DNA of 62,983 nucleotides, filler included, from Octopus bimaculoides (Eukaryota): NCBI RefSeq assembly GCF_001194135.2. It is 9 parts of 9 records of this genome, joined end to end, with 100 filler letters (N's around TTAATTAATTAA, not from the genome) between each part and the next. Parts side by side here need not be neighbours in the genome. Positions count along the whole stretch, not along the records: positions 39,765 to 52,135 come from NC_068987.1; positions 52,236 to 58,165 come from NC_069010.1; positions 58,266 to 60,952 come from NC_068982.1; positions 61,053 to 62,983 come from NC_068996.1; 5 more parts are not named here. The stretch is one strand, 5' to 3'. Shown one piece after another: positions 50,954 to 62,983 of the stretch (its first letter is position 1; each line of letters starts with the position of its first letter). The position numbers and the translations under genes are program-made. Under the pieces are notes generated by a model. The model was given only the letters and a program-made list of their open reading frames with translations, made no database searches and was not told where the DNA came from.

Positions 50954-51146
50954 GAGGTGAGAGGGATAACTTCCCTTGGCAAACAGGACACAGTCGTGTG
51001 TCGATAAGCCAGCTGGAGGAGATGTCCTCCTGGGGCTAAAAGCAACAGTAACATCCACCCCTAGGGGTCAGCCACACTTAAGTGGCAATATACTACACTA
51101 TATATATATATATACACACATGTATGTATGTATGTATGTATGTATA

Positions 51147-51680
51147 CAGGGTTTGGACAAAAGAATGGAAACACCTAGCATCATAACATCATAATTTCGA
51201 AATAACTATAAAACCGTCCAAAGCTTGTGTATTTTTATATTTTTTGATTTATTACTAGTGTTACATAAAGGTTTGCTAAATTTACTGCTTCTTTTCAGAT
51301 ATTATCAGAAAACGGTAAATAAAATTCGTTAAAATGACAGATCTATCGGACGTTCAGAGATCAAATTGTTGATGCTCGTATGGCAGGCGTTAACTTAACG
51401 AAAACAGCCAAAATGTTTAGTGCATCAAGAAGTACTGACTCGGAAGTAATTACAGCCTTTAAGAAAGAAAGAGGGACCGTCGGATTTTTACGCGAATTGT
51501 TAGAAAGCATCACAAAAGTACAGATTCCAAAATTACTGCAGAGCTTAAAGACCACTTCGAGAACCCAGTGTCTACAAAACCTTTTCGCCAGGAGCTGCAC
51601 AAAACCGGATTTCACGGAGGGCTACAATCAGAAAGGGTATGCAGTACGATCATTTCATGCGACTCCATTTAATTGAGCAA
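51147..51680 (+). mobile_element. Tc1-family remnant, same family as 30532-30892, internally deleted
   Basis: TA-CAGGGTTTGGACAAAA TIR and atgacagatctatcgga start. Confidence 0.85.
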
Positions 51681-51783
51681 TGTAAACATTACATCAAATA
51701 TAAAATGTAGAGCAATCTTCAGCTGCACAAAGATACGGAAATTTAATGAAATTACATTTAAACAGAACGACATATAGTTATAA

Positions 51784-52135
51784 CTAGCAGTATAGCCCGG
51801 CTTTGCCCGGGATTAAGTTGGGATTATTAAGCTAATCAAGTTCTTTATTTCAAACCAAACTAAGTAACATGACGTCAAATTTGGGCAGAATCAGTGTTGC
51901 AACTGGAGTGCATGGGTTGAGAGTTTGATCGGCAGAGGTGACCAGGTTACACATGCCATCCCTTTGAAAACACCACTGCCATCATCTAACCCCTCTTTGC
52001 TCATGGGTTAGGAACCCTTCCAGCAAAGAAAATAGAATGACCAAAAGGGTTCCGATTCTCTGTGTCAAAAGCGGTTCTGTTCAGATATGAGAACACGGAT
52101 GTTACGAAAGTAAAACGTTAATGTTTGAAACTGCA
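51784..52135 (-). mobile_element. Non-autonomous Helitron 3' part (cut by gap)
   Basis: CTAG end at 51784-51787 with hairpin CCCGGGCAAAGCCGGG on the minus strand and a flanking T. Confidence 0.7.
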
Positions 52136-52235
52136 NNNNNNNNNNNNNNNNNNNNNNNNNNNNNNNNNNNNNNNNNNNNTTAATTAATTAANNNNNNNNN
52201 NNNNNNNNNNNNNNNNNNNNNNNNNNNNNNNNNNN

Positions 52236-52395
52236 GCAGCACCAGCAAGTTGTCACGTGACACTGTCTAATTTTCCCGCTGCTAGGGTCCAGTAGGCAGC
52301 ACCAGCAAGTTGTCACGTGACACTGTCTAAACTTCCGGCTGCTAGGCTCCAGCAAGTAGCCCCAGCAAGTTGTCACATGACACTGTCTAAACTTT
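52236..52395. repeat. 60-bp tandem minisatellite, about 2.7 visible units, each with palindrome TGTCACGTGACA
   Basis: Units start at 52236, 52296 and 52356. Confidence 0.92.
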
Positions 52396-52540
52396 AACTG
52401 ACAATGGAGGGTGAGAAGCCACTTCAGTGTCAGCCTGTCTCACCTAGACTTGTTATGGCTTTCAAGCCATATTCGGTCTTCCCGCTTCAGTCATATATAG
52501 AAGATAGCTTTTTCAACCGCCTCCTGTATCCTCCTTATCA

Positions 52541-52574
<34 letters not shown>

Positions 52575-52577
<3 letters not shown>

Positions 52578-53126
52578 GGCAGAGAGTTGGTAGAATTGTT
52601 AGGACGCTGGGACAAATGCTTAGTGGCATTTTTTTTCCAGTTCTGTGTATTCTGAGTTTCAAATGTTGTTGAAGTTGACTGTGCCTTCCATCTTTGGGAA
52701 TTGATAAAATCAGTACCAGTTAAGCAGTGGGGGTTGATGATAATAAAGTTCACTTCCTCCTCCCCTCAAAAGGACCGGCCCGGTGTCAAAATTAGAAAGC
52801 AAACATTATTATTATTATTATTATTATTATCATTATTATTACTAGGGAGTCGAGCTGGCAGGAATGTTGGCCCGCCGGGCAAAATGCTTAAGTGGTACTT
52901 TGTCTGTCTTTACGTTCTGAGTTCAAATTCTGCTGAGGTCGACTTTGCCTTTCATTTTTTTTTTTCGGGGGGTCGATAGATTAAGTACCAGTTACATACT
53001 GGGGTCAATCTAATAGACTGGCTCCCCCCCCTCCCAAAATTTTTTCAGGCCTTGTGCCTAGAGTAGAAAGGAATATTATTATTATTTCTAAGGGGCTGAG
53101 CTGGTAGAATCGTTAGCATGCTGGAC
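52575..53126 (+). mobile_element. Three tandem SINE family A copies
   Basis: Heads at about 52575, 52845 and 53090, separated by (TTA)n or A/T-rich spacers. Confidence 0.85.
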
Positions 53127-54829
53127 NNNNNNNNNNNNNNNNNNNNNNNNNNNNNNNNNNNNNNNNNNNNNNNNNNNNNNNNNNNNNNNNNNNNNNNNNN
53201 NNNNNNNNNNNNNNNNNNNNNNNNNNNNNNNNNNNNNNNNNNNNNNNNNNNNNNNNNNNNNNNNNNNNNNNNNNNNNNNNNNNNNNNNNNNNNNNNNNNN
53301 NNNNNNNNNNNNNNNNNNNNNNNNNNNNNNNNNNNNNNNNNNNNNNNNNNNNNNNNNNNNNNNNNNNNNNNNNNNNNNNNNNNNNNNNNNNNNNNNNNNN
53401 NNNNNNNNNNNNNNNNNNNNNNNNNNNNNNNNNNNNNNNNNNNNNNNNNNNNNNNNNNNNNNNNNNNNNNNNNNNNNNNNNNNNNNNNNNNNNNNNNNNN
53501 NNNNNNNNNNNNNNNNNNNNNNNNNNNNNNNNNNNNNNNNNNNNNNNNNNNNNNNNNNNNNNNNNNNNNNNNNNNNNNNNNNNNNNNNNNNNNNNNNNNN
53601 NNNNNNNNNNNNNNNNNNNNNNNNNNNNNNNNNNNNNNNNNNNNNNNNNNNNNNNNNNNNNNNNNNNNNNNNNNNNNNNNNNNNNNNNNNNNNNNNNNNN
53701 NNNNNNNNNNNNNNNNNNNNNNNNNNNNNNNNNNNNNNNNNNNNNNNNNNNNNNNNNNNNNNNNNNNNNNNNNNNNNNNNNNNNNNNNNNNNNNNNNNNN
53801 NNNNNNNNNNNNNNNGAGGTCGATACATTATTTTACTGTTAGCCCCTCCCCTCCTCCTCCCCTTCCTTCTCATCCACACTTTGTCATCTCCCATCTATGT
53901 TACACCTGATAATCCATCTTAATCCAGTTTAACACCACCACCACCATCCTTAACATCCCTAAGCAGGGTGTCATGCTGTTGTAACAAGCCTAAGGGCTGA
54001 GGGACAACTAATTCCCCCAAACCCCTCGACCACTAGTCTTTGAACGCCCTGGAAAAATTTTAAGGGTCACAGAGCACTGGCCTTCCATCCCTGAGTAAGA
54101 GGCAAAAGAAAAAAAGAATGTTAGGGTGGAATTATGAAACTGAGTAAAGCAACAAAGAAATAGGGGTTATATAATAATTTGGTCCCTTTTTGAAAGACAG
54201 CTGTAGGGAGCTGGCACACCAGCTCCTTTCTTGATTCATACGGGGACCTTCTTTTAAAGACAGCTGTAGGGAGTTGAGAATGTTACATTGACTCCATTAA
54301 GAGGTTATCTCTCAGCTCCCGTCTTGGTTTGTACGTGGGCCCTATTTTCAAGGCAGCAATAGGGACCTGGCCGACATCTTGTTACTATATTAAACAACAG
54401 GTCAGTTTCATTGGTCACAATGTTGTTTTCCCTCTGGGTCATACCAGAGTATGGGGCATTGTATATCTAGGACTATTTTAACCAGTGTGTCCCGGCTATT
54501 TTCTAAGACAGCTGGCTGTAATTTGCGAGAGAGTTGGCTGTTACTTCTAGTAGGGCAAGAGAGTATATCGATGCTGTTGATGTTAATGATGATGATGAGA
54601 ATGATGGTTGAAAAAATGGGGTATGGATGGATACAAATGTGTGTGTGTGTTGGGTGGGGTGGAGGGGTTGTACAAGCCTGGTTGTGGTTTTGGGTTCAGT
54701 CCCACTTCAACGTACCTTGGGCAAGGGTCGTCTGCTCTAGCCTTGCGTTGACTAATGCCTCGAGCGTTAAATTCGATGGACAGAAACTGTATGGAAGCCT
54801 GCCATATACATATTGTGTATGTTTATGTA

Positions 54830-55085
54830 AATAGATAGATAGATAGATAGATGTAGATAGATAGAGACAAATAGATAGATAGATAGAGACAGACAAATAG
54901 ATAGATAGAGAGATAGATAGATAGATAGATAGATAGAGAGGTAGATAGATAGATAGAGATAGATAGATAGATAGACAGATAGATAGATGTAGATAGATAG
55001 AGACAGACAAATAGATAGATAGATAGATAGATAGAGAGGTAGATAGATAGACAGATAGAGAGGTAGATAAATAGGCAGATTGATA
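54830..55085. repeat. (GATA)n-based imperfect satellite
   Basis: Directly visible. Confidence 0.95.
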
Positions 55086-55094
55086 GATGTGTGT

Positions 55095-55580
55095 GTGTGT
55101 GGTTGTGTGGTTAGGAAGCTTAGTTCTGAATCACATGGTTCTGGGTTCAGATGCCACTACATGACACCTGAAGCCTTGTGAGTGAATTTGGTTGGTGGGA
55201 GTTCAGTCATGTGTATATGTAAGCATGAAAGTCTTTGCACCTCCGTTTGTGTGTGTATGTTTATAGGTGCAGGCGTGGCTGTGTGGTAAGAAGCTTGCTT
55301 CCCAACCACATGGTTCCAGGTTCAGTCCCACTGCATGGCACCTTGCGCGAGTGTCTTTTACTATAGCCTCGGGCTGACCAAAGCCTTGGTAGATAGAAAC
55401 TGAAAGAAGCCCATCGTGTATATAAAAAAGAAAAGAAAGAAGAATCCATAGGTGTGGCTGTGTGGTAAGAAGTTTGCTCCCTAACCACGTGGTTTTGAGT
55501 TCAGTCCTTCCGCATGGTACCTTGGGTTGACGAAAATCTTATGAGTAGATTTGGTAGTCGGAAAATGAAAGAAGCCGATT
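55095..55580 (+). mobile_element. Three tandem SINE family B heads
   Basis: ggttgtgtggt/ggctgtgtggtaagaag heads at about 55100, 55270 and 55455. Confidence 0.85.
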
Positions 55581-56149
55581 GATGTGTGTCTGTGTAGATA
55601 GAAAGGTGTGTTTATGTGTGTTCACCACTTGAATAGGATAAGTACCAGAATTGAGGTTGATTAGATTGATGGAAACCCTTCGTGGTGGTGCTGTAGCATG
55701 GCCACAGGACCCTGCTGATTGGAATTAGTTAAAGGATAACAGAAAGTATACCACTTTGTATGAGTGGGTGTGTTCCTGTCTCTGAATTCATCATCATCAT
55801 CATCATCATCATTATCACTGTCGCTTTCATTCCATGCTTGTATGGGATGCAAGGGTCTTCCCTCAAACAACACCTCTGGTGGCAGGCCCTTTATTGGCCC
55901 CCTTATCACTACATAGAACAGCCCCTTTAAAATCTGCTTTCACCACTTTTTTTTTTTTTTTTCCCTGTCTTCCTCAGCCTCCATTCCATTTTAATTTGCT
56001 TAATACTTCTTCATCCACCTCCCTAGACCCCACATTTCGGCAGGATATGCATATACAGGGCACGAGAGATATTTGAGGACATGTTTGTTAATTTGATAAA
56101 ACAACTCTTAACCTAGCAAAAACTAAACCCACTTTAAAGCAAATCTGAG

Positions 56150-57413
56150 CTCATGTTCTTGATAGGCTTTCTTAGAAGATCATTCCATAAATCCACCTTC
56201 AGCTTTGGTAACTGCTTCAGTGCAAGGGCAGAATTATTGCCATGCCTGCGCTAAATGGTCCTTAATCGTTTTTGGAGATCACCGGGAGAACAGCAGCCTT
56301 CAGTGAAGCTACGAGGATGTTGTTTACTCTCCCTTTTCAACAACCCTCCAAACGTAACAGTCGATGGGATTTAGATATGGCGAGTTTGGAGGCCACAAAT
56401 TTGATGTTACACAATTGTAAAGATTGTCTGACCTTGGGTGGTCTTTATATGAGAAGGCGCTGAGTCTTGTTGGGCCATGTATGGCCTTCCACTGCAGACA
56501 CCATCCGTCCAGAGCTTAACAACTGAACACCAGTTCCTCAATGTATCTAGCAGCATTAATTAAGACTCTGTGGAAAGACATGAGGGGGCATGACATGCCC
56601 TTTGCTACTCAGCCACTCCTAAAACCATTACAGTTACAGGAAACTTAGTATGTGTCAATCTGGGGATATCAGGAGGATCTGCATTTAACCATCTGTCATT
56701 TCTCCTGTTAGACTCTTTGGGTTGTGTGGGTTTTATGAGGTACTGAGTCTTATTGTAACATACATGGCCTTATTTGGTATGTATTTCATTCATCCAGGGC
56801 TTAACAATTCTTTTCTGGCACCGCAGCATATCCAGCAGCATTAATTCTAAGACCTTGTAGAAAGATGTGAGATAGCATCACATGACCTTCGTTATTCAGC
56901 CACTCCTAAAACCATCGCAGTTGCTGGAACCCTAATTGTGCATTACTTTGCGGACGTCGGCAGGATCTACACTTAACCATCTACCATCTCCCCTGTTTGA
57001 TTTCCTGGTCTTTGCCATAGTTTTTTCTCATCAGAGAAGAACCAAAGCATGCCATGTTCATGAGGACTTTTAACCCTGTTATTTAACCACTTGGCATGGA
57101 TCAAATAAATGGGTTTCCCGTGTCCTTGAAGACATGAATCATCTTACGGTACACTCCAATACTTGAAGTTCTTTGTCGATGGTTCCCATTGATTTTCCAG
57201 AATCATCACCAATAACATTTTGAACCTTTAGAATGTTTTCCATCTGTTTGGTACAGTCGAAACATTCCTGCCACAGGCCTCCAATTCCATCCAGACTTTG
57301 TGTATGAAAGATCTTGCAACTTTTGTGACAGTTGGCAATTTCTAAATCACTGCACCAACAGCAACAATAACTGGATGTCTTTCCATTTCTTGTGTTAGCA
57401 TTTTATCTGCCAT
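56150..57413 (-). mobile_element. Tc1/mariner DD37D (maT-type) transposase remnant with an internal repeat
   Basis: MADKMLTQEMERH.., GMLWFFSDEK, RPYMAQQDSAPSH and NLWPPNSPYLNPIDCYVW, frameshifted. The family call rests on motif resemblance to DD37D transposases. Confidence 0.8.
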
Positions 57414-58119
57414 NNNNNNNNNNNNNNNNNNNNNNNNNNNNNNNNNNNNNNNNNNNNNNNNNNNNNNNNNNNNNNNNNNNNNNNNNNNNNNNNNNNNNNN
57501 NNNNNNNNNNNNNNNNNNNNNNNNNNNNNNNNNNNNNNNNNNNNATCTAGACAATATAAAAACCCTTTTAATTAGTTTGAAAAAAGTAATTTACTGATAA
57601 TTAAGTGTCCTGAAATATCTCTTGTTTCCTGTACATCGTGTATCTCAGAATATATTTATATATGTGAGCATACATATCTCTCTGAATAATGTTTATAAAT
57701 GTTTAGTAAATTACTAGTGTGTATGAATTAGAGTATTTTTGCTTTTATATGTGTGTATGTGTGTCTCTTAATTTATCTAAATCTCTATAAATTGTGTGTG
57801 TGTGTAAATGTATATATGTTTGTGACTAGATATATGTGTGAGTGTGTATTTCTCTGTGTGTTTGATTAGCTGAGGAACTCCAGTGATTCAAAGTAGAAGA
57901 ATTTGGTGCCAATACTTTTACCAAAGACCTTTTTTAGTCGGGGTAAGATCATTGTCATGAAACTACAGGGCCTTGAGTCACCGTAGCTTTTCTGGCTAAT
58001 AGTGTGTGTGTGTGTGTGTGTATACACACATATACATTTGAATACACACACATGCATATATATATATACACATATACTTATATACACACACACACATACA
58101 TATATGAACATATATATTC

Positions 58120-58165
<46 letters not shown>

Positions 58166-58289
58166 NNNNNNNNNNNNNNNNNNNNNNNNNNNNNNNNNNN
58201 NNNNNNNNNTTAATTAATTAANNNNNNNNNNNNNNNNNNNNNNNNNNNNNNNNNNNNNNNNNNNNCAAACAGTACACACACAATCACAA

Positions 58290-58325
<36 letters not shown>

Positions 58326-60087
58326 AAATTATAAAACTGGTCCGACGCGCAAGCACTCACATGCTCACACAAGCACACTCACACACGCACTCCACAGACG
58401 CATTACTTCAACTATCCCTGCTACTCTCTCCAAATATACCTCCCTTTCCTTTTACCTTTCTATCTTTTTTCTCGCTTTCTCCTTTTCTCTCTTTCCTTCG
58501 CTTAACCATATATACATAACATCCTTGCCTCCACCATACTATTTCACTCTTCCTGTCCCTCTCACTGAACCTCTCTGTCTCTCTCCTCATCTATCTCTTT
58601 CTCTCTCTCTCTCTCATCAAGACTGTCTCTTTCTTTAATCTCTGTGTCACACACACACACGCGCGCACTTTCATTTTTCCTCTTCCCTCTTCTACTCCTT
58701 TTCATTCTACACACATTTATTACTATTACTCCCCGCCCTTCTCTTTCCCCCCCGATCAACAAGCGCGCGCACACACATGTACACACATGCAGACACTCAT
58801 ATACACAAACCCCCTCTCCCCCCTCTCTCTCTCTCTCTCTCTCTGCCATTTCAGAGTTTTACTTTTCAGCTCACATCCTCTCATGCTCTCTCTACCGCTC
58901 TTGTCGCTCCGACTCTNNNNNNNNNNNNNNNNNNNNNNNNNNNNNNNNNNNNNNNNNNNNNNNNNNNNNNNNNNNNNNNNNNNNNNNNNNNNNNNNNNNN
59001 NNNNNNNNNNNNNNNNNNNNNNNNNNNNNNNNNNNNNNNNNNNNNNNNNNNNNNNNNNNNNNNNNNNNNNNNNNNNNNNNNNNNNNNNNNNNNNNNNNNN
59101 NNNNNNNNNNNNNNNNNNNNNNNNNNNNNNNNNNNNNNNNNNNNNNNNNNNNNNNNNNNNNNNNNNNNNNNNNNNNNNNNNNNNNNNNNNNNNNNNNNNN
59201 NNNNNNNNNNNNNNNNNNNNNNNNNNNNNNNNNNNNNNNNNNNNNNNNNNNNNNNNNNNNNNNNNNNNNNNNNNNNNNNNNNNNNNNNNNNNNNNNNNNN
59301 NNNNNNNNNNNNNNNNNNNNNNNNNNNNNNNNNNNNNNNNNNNNNNNNNNNNNNNNNNNNNNNNNNNNNNNNNNNNNNNNNNNNNNNNNNNNNNNNNNNN
59401 NNNNNNNNNNNNNNNNNNNNNNNNNNNNNNNNNNNNNNNNNNNNNNNNNNNNNNNNNNNNNNNNNNNNNNNNNNNNNNNNNNNNNNNNNNNNNNNNNNNN
59501 NNNNNNNNNNNNNNNNNNNNNNNNNNNNNNNNNNNNNNNNNNNNNNNNNNNNNNNNNNNNNNNNNNNNNNNNNNNNNNNNNNNNNNNNNNNNNNNNNNNN
59601 NNNNNNNNNNNNNNNNNNNNNNNNNNNNNNNNNNNNNNNNNNNNNNNNNNNNNNNNNNNNNNNNNNNNNNNNNNNNNNNNNNNNNNNNNNNNNNNNNNNN
59701 NNNNNNNNNNNNNNNNNNNNNNNNNNNNNNNNNNNNNNNNNNNNNNNNNNNGTGTCAGATGAATAAAGTTAACATAGTCTGGTTTACACGTTTTTTTATT
59801 ATGGTATTTTAACAAGAGTAAAATACCATAATAAAAAAAAACGTGAAACCCAGACTAGGTTTTTAACTTTATTCAACTGATATATTATTCTATACACATT
59901 CACACAAATTCGAAACAAAATGGTGTCCCAGTATGGCCTTGGCCGTGATGGCTAAAACACATTAAAGAATTCAGAAATAAAAGAAAAGCAAACAAGATTG
60001 TTTTGCAGAGAGCAATCGCCAGCAGATAAGCATGTGCGCGCCCAAACACGCATATATAAATACACACACACACACACACACACATAT

Positions 60088-60159
<72 letters not shown>

Positions 60160-60188
60160 GTACACATACACACGCACGCACGCGCGCG

Positions 60189-60233
<45 letters not shown>

Positions 60234-60290
60234 GTACACATACATACGTACATGTGAGTATGTGTGTAGACAGACAGACAGGCAAGCAAG

Positions 60291-60325
<35 letters not shown>

Positions 60326-60335
60326 NNNNNNNNNN

Positions 60336-60368
<33 letters not shown>

Positions 60369-60479
60369 GTGTGTACGTGCGCGTGTGCGTAGACGCATGT
60401 GTGAAACCTGACATGAAAAAGATGATAACTTTGGTATATGTGTACTGGATATGATTCTCTCGTTTTATTTTTATTTTGT

Positions 60480-60950
60480 TTTATCTTTCTTTTTATCAAC
60501 TAACAAAGTGTGAGCCGACCTCTCGTCTATCCATCTATTTATTCACCAGTTCATTTATCTCATCTTCGATCGGTCGGTTTCTATCTTCAATAATCCCAAT
60601 TATCCATCAAACCGTCGTTTCATTGGTCCAGCAATCCATCCATCCAGTCATCAGTTTCTCAGTCACTCGATCGATCTATCCATCCATCTTAGCCATCTGT
60701 TGTCTATTTTTACAAACGTGCTATCATCCATCCATCCATCCATCCCTCCACCCACCCGTCTTTTACCCCATCCAGCTGTTTATTCATTCAGCTCATCTCT
60801 CCTCCTACCTACTCGTCCATCCATCGATCAACGCAGCCAGCCAGCCATCCTACCGCCTTTCGCCCGTCTAGCCGCTTATTCATTCCACCTACCCGTCCAT
60901 CCATCCATGTAAACATCCATCCAGAAACCATCAAATCAATCCATCCTTCC
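60480..60950. repeat. Degenerate (CATC)n/(CAGC)n tract
   Basis: Directly visible. Confidence 0.85.
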
Positions 60951-61052
60951 AGNNNNNNNNNNNNNNNNNNNNNNNNNNNNNNNNNNNNNNNNNNNNTTAA
61001 TTAATTAANNNNNNNNNNNNNNNNNNNNNNNNNNNNNNNNNNNNNNNNNNNN

Positions 61053-61099
<47 letters not shown>

Positions 61100-61390
61100 T
61101 TCACACACACATAATGAGAGAAGAACGAGAATCACGAATACGGTATTCTTGTATTTGATATGGTACACCTGTTTCTGTGATTGATAATCGATGATGGCGA
61201 ATCATAAAATCAATTTATATAGACCAGTTGATGATATTGATGTTCGTTAACCAAGCACGAGTTTTCAGGTTCAGTTCAACTGCATAGAATCTTGGACAAA
61301 TATCTTCTACTACTATGGCCTCGAACCGACTAGAATTTTATGAGTAGATTTGTTAGACGGAAATTGAAAGTTACTCAGTGTGTGTATATG

Positions 61391-61421
<31 letters not shown>

Positions 61422-61564
61422 CTGTCTCTATGTACATGCATATGTGTGTATAGATAGGCAAATAGACAAAAGAACAGGCGGATAGAGAGTCATGTGGAAC
61501 AACAGAATTTTCAAGGGAACAAGATTAGGTAAAGTAGAATAAAGTAACTGAGATCTTAATTCAC

Positions 61565-61780
61565 AGTAAGGCAGTGAGCTTTCAAAATCGTTAGCACGCC
61601 GGACAGAAAGCATAGGAGCACTTCGTCCTCTTTATATTCAGAGTTCAAATACCACTAAGGGCAACTTTGCTTTTCGGCCTTTCGGAGTCGATAAAATAAG
61701 TACCAATTGAACACTGGGATCGATGAAATCGACTTACCTATTTCCCTGAAATTGATGGCCTTGTGCCAAAATTTGAAATC
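61565..61780 (+). mobile_element. SINE family A
   Basis: As the other family A copies. Confidence 0.85.
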
Positions 61781-61829
61781 AGAATTAGTACCAAGTGTTT
61801 AAATGTTCTTTTTAATTTACTATTTTTGT

Positions 61830-62230
61830 ATATCGCACAGGCATTAGTGCACATGTCTGAGTATATATGTCTGAAAGAAATCCGTCATATATGTATACAT
61901 ACGTGTGTGTTAGTGCCACTTTGTCTTGACATCGCGTGATAGTAAAAAATGCCAGCCACGATCATACAAGCTGTGTCCTTCGTTTCAAATCTTTCATGAA
62001 AATTGTCAGGCCATGGAGAAATATTAACTTGCTTGGAAACAATTGAGGGTTGCTGACAGGAAGAGCATCGAGCCGTAGAAAATCTGCTTCAAGAAAATTC
62101 CGCTTGACTCAAAGATTAAAAAAAACAACAGTGGACGTTAAAGTGATCATGATGTTGAGAATGTTGATGATAATGACTGATAATAATGACGACGACGACG
62201 ACGACGACGACGATGATGATGATGATATAT
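61830..62230 (+). mobile_element. SINE 3' half with RTE-like tail ending in (GAT/GAC)n
   Basis: Matches 9435-9615 and 12820-12990. Confidence 0.75.
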
Positions 62231-62569
62231 TTATGTAAAAAGCATTTTCGTTAAAATATTATATCAAAAATTATGGTTAAAAAGGAAATATCAAAATTCC
62301 TTAATAAAATGATCAAACATGAACAGTGTAATGCTTTTAACATAACACACACACAAGCACGAACAAGCCTACACACACGCTCAAATATATNNNNNNNNNN
62401 GATCACTTCAAAGACATTTGCAGATATAATACACCCAATTAATGCAGACAGCCTCCTAACGTCACAGTTACCCAAATTATATTTATAATTATGAAATTGA
62501 CAAACCTATTACAAAGAACCCAGCAACTATCCACACACATAGGAAAAAACAAAAATGCATATACACTCA

Positions 62570-62601
<32 letters not shown>

Positions 62602-62742
62602 CGCATACAAAAGAGTCATTCTAAGCAAACTGAAACAGATGGGTACAGATAAGTGATTAAATTTAGATAGATATATAAATAGTTGTTTATAACTGTCTAT
62701 CTCCTCTCTCTCTCTCTGTATGTATGTATGAATGTATCTATC

Positions 62743-62774
<32 letters not shown>

Positions 62775-62798
62775 TGTATGTATGTATGTATGTGTGTG

Positions 62799-62875
<77 letters not shown>

Positions 62876-62983
62876 CTATGGACGGACGGTAGACGTGTCG
62901 GCTCCGTAAGTTTTGCCTTTTTCATGTTTTAAAAAGTTTGTTTGTAAAGTTTATTTTATATACAAAGTTGTATAACAACTTGT

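Noticed and set aside
52236-52395. CRISPR-like appearance of the palindromic 60-bp units
   Set aside because: The inter-palindrome segments are homologous rather than unique spacers, the context is eukaryotic, and there are no cas genes.

Overview
AT-rich, gap-ridden animal genomic DNA. The microsatellite load and SINE families suggest an octopus-like cephalopod (inference). There is no prokaryotic operon, rRNA, genuine tRNA or CRISPR array. Most of the sequence is microsatellites, several tRNA-derived SINE families and decayed transposons: Tc1/mariner relics of the DD34D (two), DD37D, DD41D and Tc1 types, a Merlin transposase, Helitron pieces, pogo-like and hAT MITEs, and CR1 and RTE-type LINE fragments. 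A few candidate exons, the best at 18420-18697 on the minus strand, chain in phase into an unidentified protein, but this is speculative. The most notable signal, which the ORF track cannot show, is at least six minimal type-I hammerhead-ribozyme-like motifs from about five different repeat contexts. One is nearly intact (50885-50953). Two lie in the tail of a tRNA-headed SINE that inserted as an inverted dimer with a 12-bp target-site duplication, which resembles Penelope-like element or retrozyme biology. All folds and translations were done by eye, nothing was computed or searched, and most repeat boundaries are approximate.
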